Assembly (NCBI RefSeq): GCF_009914755.1
Contig: NC_060928.1
Length of the DNA stretch: 64,000 bases
Origin: the human T2T-CHM13v2.0 reference genome, Homo sapiens
Strand: one strand, 5' to 3'
Shown here: piece after piece, positions 44,710 through 60,707 of the stretch
Position numbering within the stretch: the first letter of the stretch is position 1
Layout: each line of letters begins with the position of its first letter
The notes under the pieces: generated by a model
Told to the model about the DNA's origin: nothing
Database searches by the model: none
What the model saw: only the letters and a program-made list of their open reading frames with translations
Made by a program: the position numbers and the translations under genes

Positions 44710-44965
44710 AGGCCAAAACGTTACAGCTAAACAGGAAAAATAAGTGCTAGTGCTCTATACCATTGTAGGATAACTGTAGTTATCAATAATATATATTTTC
44801 AAATAGCTAGAAGGAGAATATTAAAAATTCCTAACACAAATAATAAATGTTGATATGATGGCTATGTTAATACCCTGATCTGTTCACCATACATTATGTG
44901 TCTTAAAACATTACGATGTACTCCATGAATATGTACAACTATTGTTTGTCAATTAAAAAAATAAA
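44710..44965 (+). mobile_element. L1MA5-like 3' end
   Basis: tttcaaatagctagaaggag...taccctgatctg...gtcaattaaaaaaataaa. Confidence 0.8.
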
Positions 44966-44971
44966 ATGTAT

Positions 44972-45260
44972 GGCTGGGCACAGTGGTTCAGGCCTGTAAT
45001 CCTTGTACTGTGGAACATCAAGGCCAAAGGATCACTTGAGTCCAGCAGTTCAAGACCAGCCTGGGGAACATGGTGAATCCCTGTCCTATCTCTACTAAAA
45101 ATGCAAAAATTACCTGGGTGTAGTGGCGCATGCTTGTAATCCCAGCTACTTGGGAGGCTAGACATTAAAATCACTTCAACCCAGAGGTAGAGGCTGCAGT
45201 GAGCCAAGATGGTGCCACTGCACTCCAGCCTGGGCAACTGAGCAAGAATCTGTCTCAAAC

Positions 45261-45295
<35 letters not shown>
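44972..45295 (+). mobile_element. AluJ-like SINE with (TAA)n tail
   Basis: ggatcacttgagtccagcagttcaagacc and gaggctgcagtgagcc, with a tail of about 11 TAA units. Confidence 0.92.
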
Positions 45296-45296
<1 letters not shown>

Positions 45297-48200
45297 TTAA
45301 AAGCATAAAATTTAAAACTTTAAAGTTTTCCTGTAGCTAACACATCACGCAAATTTGACTTTGCTTAATACCTTACTGTGAACTCTTGTCAATGTTAAAT
45401 ATTGTTATTGGACCTTGGCTTCCCTACTAGATATTGTTGTGGTATTTTATCATCTGCTGCTGGTTTTTTGTTTTCAAAGTTGTTTATTTTTTTCTAATTT
45501 TTTCCAACACTTAAGCACTCCTGAATTCCATAACTTCATAATGCATTGTAAATATTGGAAGCTTTCTGAAGAATTTAATAAGAGATATACTAAAGCCCAT
45601 TTTAATGACTCACAATAAAATCATTCATGATGCCTTTATTAGTAATTGAATAAATAAACAAGATCAGGCTTTTACATAAAGTTCATTTTTAACAATAAAA
45701 TGAATGTTTTTCAGGCCAATGGTTTGATTGGTACTAAAACAAATTCACCACTCTGGTTAAGAGCTGACATGGCAAATGTGCAGCTTATGACCACATTATT
45801 TCTTTGGGTATCAGAACTGAGACTTTGTTCTCATTAGCTCTGAGTAAATGAGTTCAACAGAACTAAACAGATAATGCCCTAGGTATATCAGGATATAGAA
45901 AATGAGTCTCTTAGGAGTTGAGCTCAAGTAATAAAGAGACAAAGGACATACTGGCATAACTAGAATTTTACGTTCTATAAATGTGCAGAAGTCAAATGTT
46001 ATTAAATAGGTAGAACCACTGACATGGTAAAAAGAAAAACTCGTATGCTTTGAGAAACTGTGATTTTATAATTTTCTACAATCCACTGTTTATTGAAGAG
46101 CAGATAAATCTGAGTTGCACTGATTGCATATACTTAGTCTTTAAAGAATACATCACAATTGCTAGACTGAAAGGCCCTGGAGGCCAGGTCTTCATCTTTT
46201 GCCTCTTGGTATCTGTAGTACCAAACCCAGTAATGAATGGACCTGACAAATGCTGATGTCCTCAAACCTGTATGTATATATATATATATATGTCCATATG
46301 CTTTTATAAGCACTAAAGCATGAAAAATGCTTATTCTTTTCATTTCAGAGATGGTATGGAATTAAACAATGGCTTTATTGTGCAGCACCTAGCATGAGTA
46401 TCAGGTAGTACAGTTATAATTTTTTGAATGAATGAATGCAGATTTGCGGAGAACCATATACTTTATAGCGATTTTCATCATACCTAAAAGAGTCAGGAGT
46501 ATCCCTCTTTAAACATCTTTAGGAAAAATGTAAATGTAAATACAAAATATTTTAATTCTTTAATTTAGAAAACTCCCTGTTTTTTAAGACTCATATTTCC
46601 AGACTAGATTTTTAAAATTCATTTTATCCTGGCATTCACAACTGGGACTCCCCTCCAACTGAGTGTTTGCTGGGAAGACATGGACCCTTGCTTATATACT
46701 GATGTTTCCCAAACACATTGAACTGAATCCGGCCATAGTTGGTACTCCACATTTGCCAAATAAATAAAGAACATGTGAAAAAAAAATTGTGAGGAACAAC
46801 TTGAATTTGCACTAAGCTGAATGAAGAAGTGATGTGCTATTCTAGAACACCTCTTTTGAATATCCTTATTTTTATTTAATCCATCATTTTTCATTGTCAG
46901 AGGTGCCAGATTTTATTTCTATGTGTCCTTCCAAATGCTGCTGAACTAGGACTGCCTCTGGTGACTTGTATGGCTGAAGAATCAGGTAAATTCTTTTCTT
47001 TGCCAGAAACAAGTATCTCTTTTAGGTAAAGGGGCCAGGTGTTTTCCTCTATTATCCCACTCAGCCAAGGGGCTTGACATACCCTCTGCATCATGTCAAA
47101 TTCAATGTTTATTTCCTTTGACTGTTCTTACCTATTTTTATTTTCTTTTAATTTATCATATTGCTAAAAGGCAACTTGTTCCGTTTTCCAAAGTGGGCTA
47201 ATTATTTAGTTCTAAGATATCCACCGTGCTGCCATTTTTTAGAATAATCAAAACATTCCTAATCTTAGTTCTCAAAATAAGACATCAGTTACAACTCTTA
47301 ATAGCTTTTTAGTGGAGAACAGTACTGAGGAAAAATTGTTATTTGTGAGTTCTGCAGTTACTAGAAGGTTTTGTACTTCATGGACATTAATTTAGGGATT
47401 GTAGGGTAAACTGGAAACAAAAACCAAGATGCTCAAAGAAACAAAATGAAAAATATCTATTTTAGAGCTATTTAAAATGAATAGAAAATGTTTATGTTCA
47501 TGGTGTTTAATGCCATTTATTATATATTTTCATTTTGTCAGTACATAGCATTTAAGAAGTGTATCAGTACTTAGCATTTAAGAAGTTGACCTTTTCCTAA
47601 TCCTATCAGACTTTAAAAATTTAGTTGAGAAGGGAGGGCAGGCAGAATTAAATGATAAGCATAAATTAAATGAAAAAGAATTGAACACTTGCCTGTGGGA
47701 GGTGGTGGCAATCTGACATTTTTGCAATTTTCTAGAAGCAGATGAAAAAGAGAGAGATAAAATCCAGACATGTTTCTCAATAATTGGCATCAAAAGAGTA
47801 TGCTTCTTTTTTTTTGTAGAAGATCAGACTTACTTAAAAGCATGGAGTTCACTCAGCAGCCCATAGTGCATTTTAGCCAATATTGATTTATAAACTTTCT
47901 TTTGGGAGGAAGGAAGAAAGGAAGAAGAAAGATTCATCCTGACTTGCTTCAAAACAAAATGAGGAATAGAGATACAATATTTATTTAATTTTTATGAACA
48001 CAATTCTTTCACTTCTACATGAATGTTGGAATTTATCTAATCCAAACTTCTTTTGACTCTCATGGTTTGTTCCCTTGACCTGGAAGTGCCAAACACATAG
48101 ATATGACGTAGCTTATTTGTAAGTAGATGTTGCTCTCCTTGGTGCTACATGAAGAATCCAAATGGCAGAGAACATACTGATATTCTTTCTAAGAAGGCTT

Positions 48201-48414
48201 AGAGACAGATCTTGAGAAACACAGGGCTCCAAAGTCCATGAGAAGTTAATATCAATATCATTTCTAAATAGAAATAAAACTATGGACAGAGAATGAATTA
48301 ATAATAACAAGTAAGCATTATGGAAAAACAGCAAAGGAAACAGGAGACACTATTCTCGCCTAGAAACATGGTCTCCTGGTCTTCAGTCATTAAGTGACCA
48401 TGGCAGGGGGTGTT

Positions 48415-48560
48415 TGGTCAGTTCATCCATACACACTCAAGATTATTTATTGAAATACTACTATATTGCTTGCACTCTTCCAGATACAGAAGATACCACA
48501 AAGAATTAGCCAGATAAGCTCCCTGATTTAGAGTGTCTCATACTCTAGTGAAGACAGTTA
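48415..48560 (-). mobile_element. L2 3' end fragment
   Basis: tatttattgaaatactactatattgcttgcactctt...ctccctg...ctctagtg. Confidence 0.55.
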
Positions 48561-49499
48561 ATTCATAATCAACAAAACCTGCTTTGAGGATCTAAGGGTA
48601 AGCAATGCTTTATTATACCCAAAGAATCTCCTCTATCTGGGAAGGCTTTACTTTTCCCACCAGATGGAAATGGTACTGATGCACACAGAACAGGGTCGGG
48701 TAACGGTGGAGGAGGGAAAATTAGTCCCTCTCCCTACCAGATCTGTGGAATCCATTCTATCAACCTTTCAGTTACCAAAATAGATCTGCCCTGACTCATA
48801 AGTTCATGTTTAGCTTCATGGTATGTAATGTATATCCTCTTAAAACGACACAAATGAATTGAAAGTTAATTCTACTTCTCAAAGTGCTATGAACTCCAAG
48901 AATGTTTTCTGCTCTATCTCCTGGGTAGAAGTTAAATCTGGAAAAGTTACAATACCTCTGCATTTTTATTCCTCTCATCTCCAACAGTATTGTTAAAATA
49001 AGACATAATAATATGAAACCATCATCTACTCAACATCTTTCAATTTTGAAGTATTCTTTTTTTGATAACAATCCCATTCAGAACTATCAATCTTTATATA
49101 AGAAAGGCTGGTGGTACTTTTTTCTAATATATATCCTTTTCAAAGTACAGTACTTATTTTCTAGTATTTGTCCAATATTATAGTTTTCATGTCCTTTTAT
49201 GGGAATGCTTCTGGAATTAGTACAATTTTAGAGAGTAAAAGTTTTCATAAGACTTCAAGTACTCTATAATTTATAGGACTTGAATATCATAATCAAAATC
49301 ACTATACTTACAAGGATATTTATCAGCACATAGCAGTTACCTATAAAAGAATGTAATATAAAGAAAGAAATAAGGAGGAAGATGGAAAAATATTTCTTCA
49401 GCACTTGAGGTAAAACAGGAAAGTCACATGTAATGATGGTATTTAAACTTATCCACTCAAATTGTTCAAAAGTTGTCAAGAGATTTCAAACATACAGAA

Positions 49500-49712
49500 G
49501 ACAATGTAACATAGTGGTTAAAAAACTTACCTTTTGAAGTCAGAAACATGAAAGCTGGAATTTCAACTCTATCACTTATGATTGTATGATTTTGGTCAAC
49601 CAAGCTTCAGTTTCTTCATTACAAAATTGAGGTCATAGAACATATTTTGCATAGTTCTGAGATTAAATTGCAATGTTCATAATGCATGTAAAACATATTC
49701 AAGTGAATAAGA
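49500..49712 (+). mobile_element. MIR
   Basis: catagtggttaa...gaagtcaga...cttcagtttcttcattacaaaattgagg...gagattaaat...aatgcatgtaaa. Confidence 0.7.
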
Positions 49713-49869
49713 ACATCTATTTAAACAAATATATACATATTTTAATAATCCAAGAAAAGAAAAAGATGCTTTACTCTCATAGTCATGGTATTGTATACTG
49801 ATGTGTATGTATATGTATGTGTATGCTGACTCACTGTGCAAAAAGTCTATGTTTAAAATCAGGTGTGCC

Positions 49870-50283
49870 ATCAGAAAAATAAATACTGCACATTCTTACT
49901 CATATGTAAGAGCCAAAGAAAACTGAGTTCATTCAAGTTCAGAGTAGAATTGAGGTTAGTAAAGTGGGAAGGGTTTGGGGGAAGGGAGGATAGGGAGAGG
50001 TTTGTTAATGGATAGAAAATCACAGCTAGATAAGAGGAATAAGTTCTAGTGTTCTATGACACCATAGGATGAATATATTTAATAATTTATTGTATATTTC
50101 CAAAAAGCTAAAAGAGAGGATTTTGAATCTTCCCAATTCAAAGAAATAATAAATGTTTGAGGTGATGGATAAGCTAATTACTGATTTGATCTCTACACGC
50201 TATATACATGTATCAAAATATCACTCTGTGTCCCATAAATATGTACAATTGTTTCTTGTCAACTAAAAGAAAAAGAAAAAACA
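49870..50283 (+). mobile_element. L1MA3-like 3' end
   Basis: cagctagataagaggaataagttctagtgttcta...aatgtttgaggtgatgga...gtcaactaaaagaaaaag. Confidence 0.88.
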
Positions 50284-50369
50284 ATGTGTGCCAATCTAGC
50301 CTCATATACCAAAGCATAGTACAATGTTACCTTTCCTTATTTAGGAGAAGCCAGTTCAATAGTATTGTT

Positions 50370-51274
50370 GGGAGGAGGAGCCAAGATGGCCGAATAGGAA
50401 CAGCTCCGGTCTACAGCTCCCAGCGTGAGCGACGCAGAAGACGGGTGATTTCTGCATTTCCATCTGAGGTACCAGGTTCATCTCACTAGGGAGTGCCAGA
50501 CAGTGGGCGCAGGCGAGTGGGTGCGTGCACCGGGCGCGAGCCGAAGCAGGGCGAGGCATTGCCTCACCTGGGAAGCGCAAGGGGTCAGGGAGTTCCCTTT
50601 CCGAGTCAAAGAAAGGGGTGACGGACGCACCTGGAAAATCGGGTCACTCCCACCCGAATATTGCGCTTTTCAGACCAGCTTAAAAAACGGCGCACCACAA
50701 GATTATATCCCTCACCTGGCTCGGAGGGTCCTACCCCACGGAATCTCGCTGATTGCTAGCACAGCAGTCTGAGATCAAACTGCAAGGCGGCAGCGAGGCT
50801 GGGGTAGGGGCGCCCGCCATTGCCCAGGCTTGCTTAGGTAAACAAAGCAGCCTGGAAGCTCGAACTGGGTGGAGCCCACCACAGCTCAAGGAGGCCTGCC
50901 TGCCTCTGTAGGCTCCACCTCTGGGGGCAGGGCACAGTCAAACAAAAAGACAGCAGTAACCTCTGCAGACTTAAATGTCCCTGTCTGACAGCTTTGAAGA
51001 GAGCAGTGGTTCTCCCAGCAGGCAGCTGGAGATCTGAGAACGGGCAGACTGCCTCCTCAAGTGGGTCCCTGACCCCTGACCCCCGAGCAGCCTAACTGGG
51101 AGGCACCCCCCAGCAGGGGCACACTGACACCTCACACGGCAGGGTATTCCAACAGACCTGCAGCTGACAGTCCTGTCTGTTAGAAGGAAAACTAACAAAC
51201 AGAAAGGACATCCACACCAAAAACCCATCTGTACATCACCATCATCAAGACCAAAAGTATATAAAACCACAAAG
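50370..51274 (+). promoter_or_regulatory. L1 5'UTR with sense and antisense promoter
   Basis: CpG-rich, with an intact YY1 motif AAGATGGCC at 50383-50391. Bidirectional promoter activity is established for the family but not shown for this copy. Confidence 0.8.
50731..50820 (-). pseudogene. L1 ORF0, truncated to 29 aa by a 1-bp deletion
   Basis: My translation is MAGAPTPASLPPCSLISDCCASNQRDSVG*. The + strand reads cctaccccacgg where the consensus has cctacgcccacgg. Confidence 0.85.
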
Positions 51275-52291
51275 ATGGGGAAAAAACAGAACAGAAAAAC
51301 TGGAAACTCTAAAAAGCAGAGCGCCTCTCCTCCTCCAAAGGAACGCAGTTTCTCACCAGCAGCGGAACAAAGCTGGATGGAGAATGACTTTGATGAGCTG
51401 AGAGAAGAAGGCTTCAGACGATCAAATTACTCTGAGCTACGGGACGACATTCAAACCAAAGGCAAAGAAGTTGAAAACTTTGAAAAAAATTTAGAAGAAT
51501 GTATAACTAGAAGAACCAATACAGACAAGTGCTTAAAGGAGCTGATGGAGCTGAAAACCAAGGCTCGAGAACTACGTGAAGAATGCAGAAGCCTCAGGAG
51601 CCGATGCGATCAACTGGAAGAAAGGGTATCAGCAATGGAAGATGAAATGAATGAAATGAAGCGAGAAGGGAAGTTTAGAGAAAAAAGAATAAAAAGAAAT
51701 GAGCAAAGCCTCCAAGAAATATGGGACTATGTGAAAAGACCAAATCTACGTCTGATTGATGTACCTGAAAGTGATGGGGAGAATGGAACCAAGTTGGAAA
51801 ACACTCTGCAGGATATTATCCAGGAGAACTTCCCCAATCTAGCAAGGCAGGCCAATGTTCAGATTCAGGAAATACAGAGAACGCCACAAAGATACTCCTC
51901 GAGAAGAGCAACTCCAAGACACATAATTGTCAGATTCACCAAAGTTGAAATGAAGGAAAAAATGTTAAGGGCAGCCAGAGAGAAAGGTCAGGTTACCCTC
52001 AAAGGGAAGCCCATCAGACTAACAGCGGATCTCTCGACAGAAACCCTACAAGCCAGAAGAGAGTGGGGGCCAATATTCAACATTCTTAAAGAAAAGAATT
52101 TTCAACCCAGAATTTCATATCCAGCCAAACTAAGCTTCATAAGTGAAGGAGAAATAAAATACTTTACAGACAAGCAAATGCTGAGAGATTTTGTCACCAC
52201 CAGGCCTGCCCTAAAAGAGTTCCTGAAGGAAGCGCTAAACATGGAAAGGAACAACCGGTACCAACCGCTGCAAAATCATGCCAAAATGTAA
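51275..52291 (+). CDS. LINE-1 ORF1p (RNA-binding chaperone), intact 338 aa
   Basis: MGKKQNRK...NHAKM, canonical length, with REKG, ARR and YPAKLS motifs retained. Confidence 0.97.
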   Translation: MGKKQNRKTGNSKKQSASPPPKERSFSPAAEQSWMENDFDELREEGFRRSNYSELRDDIQTKGKEVENFEKNLEECITRRTNTDKCLKELMELKTKARELREECRSLRSRCDQLEERVSAMEDEMNEMKREGKFREKRIKRNEQSLQEIWDYVKRPNLRLIDVPESDGENGTKLENTLQDIIQENFPNLARQANVQIQEIQRTPQRYSSRRATPRHIIVRFTKVEMKEKMLRAAREKGQVTLKGKPIRLTADLSTETLQARREWGPIFNILKEKNFQPRISYPAKLSFISEGEIKYFTDKQMLRDFVTTRPALKEFLKEALNMERNNRYQPLQNHAKM

Positions 52292-52354
52292 AGACCATCG
52301 AGGCTAGGAAGAAACTGCATCAACTAACGAGCAAAATAACCAGCTAACATCATA

Positions 52355-56183
<3,829 letters not shown>

Positions 56184-56460
56184 ACAATGAGATCACATGG
56201 ACACATGAAGGGGATCACACTCTGGGGACTGTGGTGGGGTGGGGGGAGCGGGGAGGGTTAGCATTGGGAGATATACCTAAGGCTAGATGACGAGTTAGTG
56301 GGTGCAGCGCACCAGCATGGCACATGTATACATATGTAACTAACCTGCACAATGTGCACATGTACCCTAAAACTTAAAGTATAATAAAAAAAAAAGAAAA
56401 GCAAAAAAAAAAAAAAAAAGCAAAAAAAAAAAAAATAGTATTGTTAACACTTTTGTCCAT

Positions 56461-57222
56461 TGTATTAGTTCTCTATTACTGCACAAATCAGAAAAATATT
56501 AGTGGTTTATCATGCTCTCACTTACAAGTGGGAGCTAAATGTTGAGAACACATGGACACATAGAGGAGAACAACAGACACTGGGGCCTACTTGTCTGGGC
56601 CCCAGTGGGTGGAGGGTAGGAGGCAGGAGGGGATCAGGAAAGATAACTAGTGGGTAGGCTTAATACCTGGGTGACAAGATAATCTGTACAACAAACCCCC
56701 ACAAGTTTACCTATATAACAAATCTGCATATGCACCCCTGAACTTAAGTTTTTTTTTAAGAAAAAAAAAATAAATAAAAATTTAGTGGTTTAAAACAACA
56801 CAAATGCATTATCTTACAATTCTAGGGGTTCAGAAGTCCCAAATCAGTTTCAGCAAGTTAAACATGACCAGGGCTCATTCATTTTTCGCGACTGTGAGGG
56901 GAGAATCTGTATCTTTGTCTTTTCAGCTTCTAGCGGCCACTTAGATTTCTTGGTTTGTGGCTCCTTCCTCCATCTCCAAAGCTCATCACTTCATTGTCTT
57001 TCTGCCATCACATCTCTTTTTCTGAGTCAGGTTCCTCTGGATTCCCTCTTATAAAGATCTTTGTGATTACAGTTTGCCATACCCAGAATCATCTCCCCAT
57101 CTCAAGATCCTTAATTTAATCATATCTGCAAAGTCACTTTAGTTAAATAAAGTAACATGCACAGGTTCAGTGCATATGAGATGAAGGTTTTGAATTAGGA
57201 GGGTGTAATTCAGTCTACCACA
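56461..57222 (-). mobile_element. MLT1D-like MaLR solo LTR split by an L1PA fragment
   Basis: tgtattagtt...aaacaacacaaat...ctccccatctcaagatccttaa...attcagtctaccaca. TSD tccat/cccat. Confidence 0.85.
56510..56775 (+). mobile_element. L1PA15/16-like 3' end nested in MLT1D
   Basis: ctcacttacaagtgggagcta...ataatctgtacaacaaacccc. TSD AAAAAT(A)TTAGTGGTTTA at 56492-56509 and 56776-56792. Confidence 0.88.
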
Positions 57223-59479
57223 CCCATGTAAGATAATAAGAGATGCTAATTTTGAAAAATTGTAATGCAATTAAATACACTTAAGAGAATAATTCTGAGT
57301 ATAGCCAATTTTCAAGGTAGAAGAAAATCAGAATCTTATAATGATGAAGGCATTGTAAAAATGAATATTATTTTACAATGGGTACTGAAGTGTCAATTGA
57401 TAACAACTAAAACAGCTTCTTTCTGTCCTCCCCAATACCAACAGCATAAAACCTTTAGCTAGGTATTCAGTCTGTACAAAATAGACTTTTAAGAAATAAT
57501 TTTTCCCTAAAACCTCAGAAGAAAAGGAAAACAATCATTTTCTAGAAAGAAACATCATCAGAAAGAGTTTCAGATTCTCCCACAGAGCTGTAGATTTTCG
57601 GTGATCAGGTGACAGATGACAAGGTGAGAAACATAAGAGAAGTAAAGGCTGTAGAAATTACACACTGGGGCTATTTTTTCCTAATAAATACAAGATGAAT
57701 CACTCTTGAGGAAGGTGAGAAAATTCCCTCCACAAAAACTTAGAGCTTACATTAATCAGTCCACATTATGCAACTAGAGCCCAGGGTGAGTCAGAGGAGA
57801 CTTTGTAAAGCCTCTTCTGCTAGGTAAGGTTTGCTTCTCAGACTGACCCCACGTGTTAATGAAGATTTAGATGTGTACCAGGAGGCCACAGCATCCTCTT
57901 GGAATGCCTAGAAATAGATACAGGTCATAAAGGGGAAGCCTTGAACTTGCCAATGTCACTGGGGGACATAAATGCTATAAAGAAAGTCACTAGTCAACTT
58001 ACTTTGAATATGAGCTATCCAAGGAAGTTTTCTTTGCACCAGAGAAAGAATTATAAGATAGAAGAAACTATGGCTCAGTTTGAGAAGAAAACTGATAAGA
58101 AACAGAATTGCAAGAATTTCAAAATGAAGCGTACTAAACAGGATATCTGAAATTAGTTTTACAGAAATAAATGACATTTTCAACATGAATTTTGCTTTGG
58201 TGACATACACAGAATGAAGAGAAAGTGAAAGGAGATATTACTGGGTAAATGGTAGTTGGTAGACCTGGTTCACTTCAGTAGTTTATCATTTAAGTAGCTA
58301 TCTTTAAAGAAGGAAGTCAGTGAATAAAATCATGAGGTTGTAATTGGATTAATATTATCAATAGTATCCCAAGAAAATGAAATGTGGTTTCTATTAAACC
58401 AAGTTCAGAATAGTTCATGGAATAGAAATGTTATAGAGTAACATTTATTATTTTAAGAACCAGCTTTTTCTGACTACTGATAATATTGGACATCGAGCAA
58501 TTGGATTTTTAAAAAATGAAAACATAGAAATGTTAAAAGACGCTCCAAAGGTCATTTTTTCATGTATTTTTATAGCAATGATGTTTTTCTTTAAAATATA
58601 TGGAGGAAAATATGATAATACATTATATCAATCCATTTAAGAAAGATCTTTCTCTTATTACTCTGAAAAAACTGACAAATTACAAAAACAAAAATTTTTG
58701 TTTTATTCTGGGGATTCAGAGTAAACATTTCTAGTGCGATAGATATATGTAATAGGAAAGCAATTCTGTTGCTTTGCACCAAGCAGTTAGAGAATATTCG
58801 GAAGATGTGGCCATTCACATCGTGCTTTAAGCACTCTATTAACTCCAGTGATGTGTGTCATTGCATGTGTGTGGTAGTTCTGAGAGATAGTTCTCTATTC
58901 ATGAAAGAATGTTTGGGGAAGAATTTGTTCTTTCTCTCGTTTGCCACTGTTTTCAGCATTGTTGTCTAATGCATTTAAAAGTTCTGAACAAACTTCAGCA
59001 GATCTGTCTGAAGTGAGATCCTTCCATCAAGCTACTATTTCTGCTACACTTCAAGATAAATCCCTGAACTGCTTCCTCTGTTGAGAAGAGAGACATTTCC
59101 TATGGTATGATGCTTAGTCAAGCTCATCTGAAGTCCTTACTTCTGATATGCTGTATGTACATTATGGAATTTCATCATTTCATCATCCATACTCTATATA
59201 GGAAAGTGAATATACATTTTAATCAACTACAACAGAATATTCAAATTGTTTTTATGCTGCCATCTCAATGTGGGAGCTTTAATAAAGTAACTAAGGAATT
59301 CTCCAGAGCTTAACTATTTATTGTTATTATAGTAAGTTCTCTGCTGTAACAATGTCTATTTTTTAATGTCCTTATAAATACTGACAGTGCTGTAACATAT
59401 GTGCTTACATTTTAGCTACCACCTGTAAGTCCATCTCTCCAGTAAACACAAGCCTCTAGGAAAATGACAGGCTGTGTTC

Positions 59480-59582
59480 TCATTTAAACTGTCAGAACCT
59501 CTGGGAGTAGGGCCCAGAAATCTGGTTTTTAGCAGTTCTAAAGGGGACTGTGATTCACACAAAAATCTGAGAACCACAGATA
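59480..59582. mobile_element. MER5A-like hAT-Charlie fragment
   Basis: tcagaacctctgggagtagggcccagaaatctggttttta...tgattc...tgagaaccac. Confidence 0.7.
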
Positions 59583-60184
59583 GAGACTTTTTAAATTAAA
59601 AAATGACATTATTCCAGAGAGTGTCATATTCTAGTAGGCCGTGTGAACCCCACCCCCCAGAACACTCCGCGCAATCAGTATGCGGGCAGGTATTGCACAC
59701 CTATTATAGCAACACTTGCCCCAGCTTATCTCATTCATTGTCCTTGTGTAATCATTAACAAGAGCATCACAAAAATTTTGTGACCCAGCAGAGCCACTGG
59801 GCTTTTCTCCTACCAGGTTTGTCTGCAAGATAAAAGCTTCCAGCTGTATCCACTGGCAAAAAAGAAAAAAAAATCCAGATTTTGCAAAATATTTGATACT
59901 GCAGGTGGCTATCTTGCGAGGTTTCCCAGGTACAGTGGTCTCTTAGGCATCTGACTCCCTGTTGAGTGAAGAAGGGGAATTCTAGGTCTCCAAAAAATCC
60001 ATAACAGGAATTCCTGCTATTTGTAGATTCTTATGTCTCTATTATTTTCTTCGCTTTAAAATAGTTGGAGGGAGAAGCGGTTGGGAGAAAACTAAGACAA
60101 TAAAAAACAATTCCTACTGCATGGTGATGGTATGTGTTCATATTCGAACAGGAATATGTTTTATTCCAACAGTGTTTTATGAAG

Positions 60185-60345
60185 TTGTAGTTCAGTGTAC
60201 ATAGGCATCACCCAAAGAGTTGTTTAAGTGTCGATTTTTCAGCCCCACCCAAAGAGTTCTACTGAGATGGGGCTCCAAATTTTCATAGCCCTTCTAAAAG
60301 ATTCTTACTCAGGTGATCCATGGATATGCTTGGAGAAACACTACA
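60185..60345. mobile_element. MER5-family fragment
   Basis: gcatcaccc...cagccccaccc...gatggggc...ttggagaaacact. Confidence 0.5.
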
Positions 60346-60617
60346 GTAAGTGGCCTGCAGCACTGTTCTCTCTGCTACGGTCTCCAAAACTTCTATTGCA
60401 ATTGTCATTTTCATATATCAATTTATAATAATAGCTAAAAGATTCTCTAACTTGGAATTCTATAGTAAAAGAAATAATTAGTGGAGAATACCTGAACCCA
60501 TAATTGGTAGTAAACTATAGGTACTATTTCTATACTATTTCTAAATTATCTTAGGCAAATACACATAAAATGAACCTACTGATATGCATGGGTTCTGTAT
60601 GCAGAATTTTAAATTAC

Positions 60618-60707
60618 ATACACAACACTGTACCATAATGACCCTAGAGCACCTGATGGTCTAGAGCACTTGATGGTCTAGGGTCATTATGGTACAGTGC
60701 TGTGTAT
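60618..60707. repeat. Inverted repeat, 31-bp arms (1 mismatch), 28-nt spacer
   Basis: ATACACAACACTGTACCATAATGACCCTAGA at 60618-60648 against TCTAGGGTCATTATGGTACAGTGCTGTGTAT at 60677-60707. Confidence 0.97.

Noticed and set aside
50356-50580. 74-aa antisense ORF in the L1 5'UTR as ORF0
   Set aside because: ORF0 starts at 50820 (MAGAP...). This ORF is a different frame starting at a non-ATG codon.
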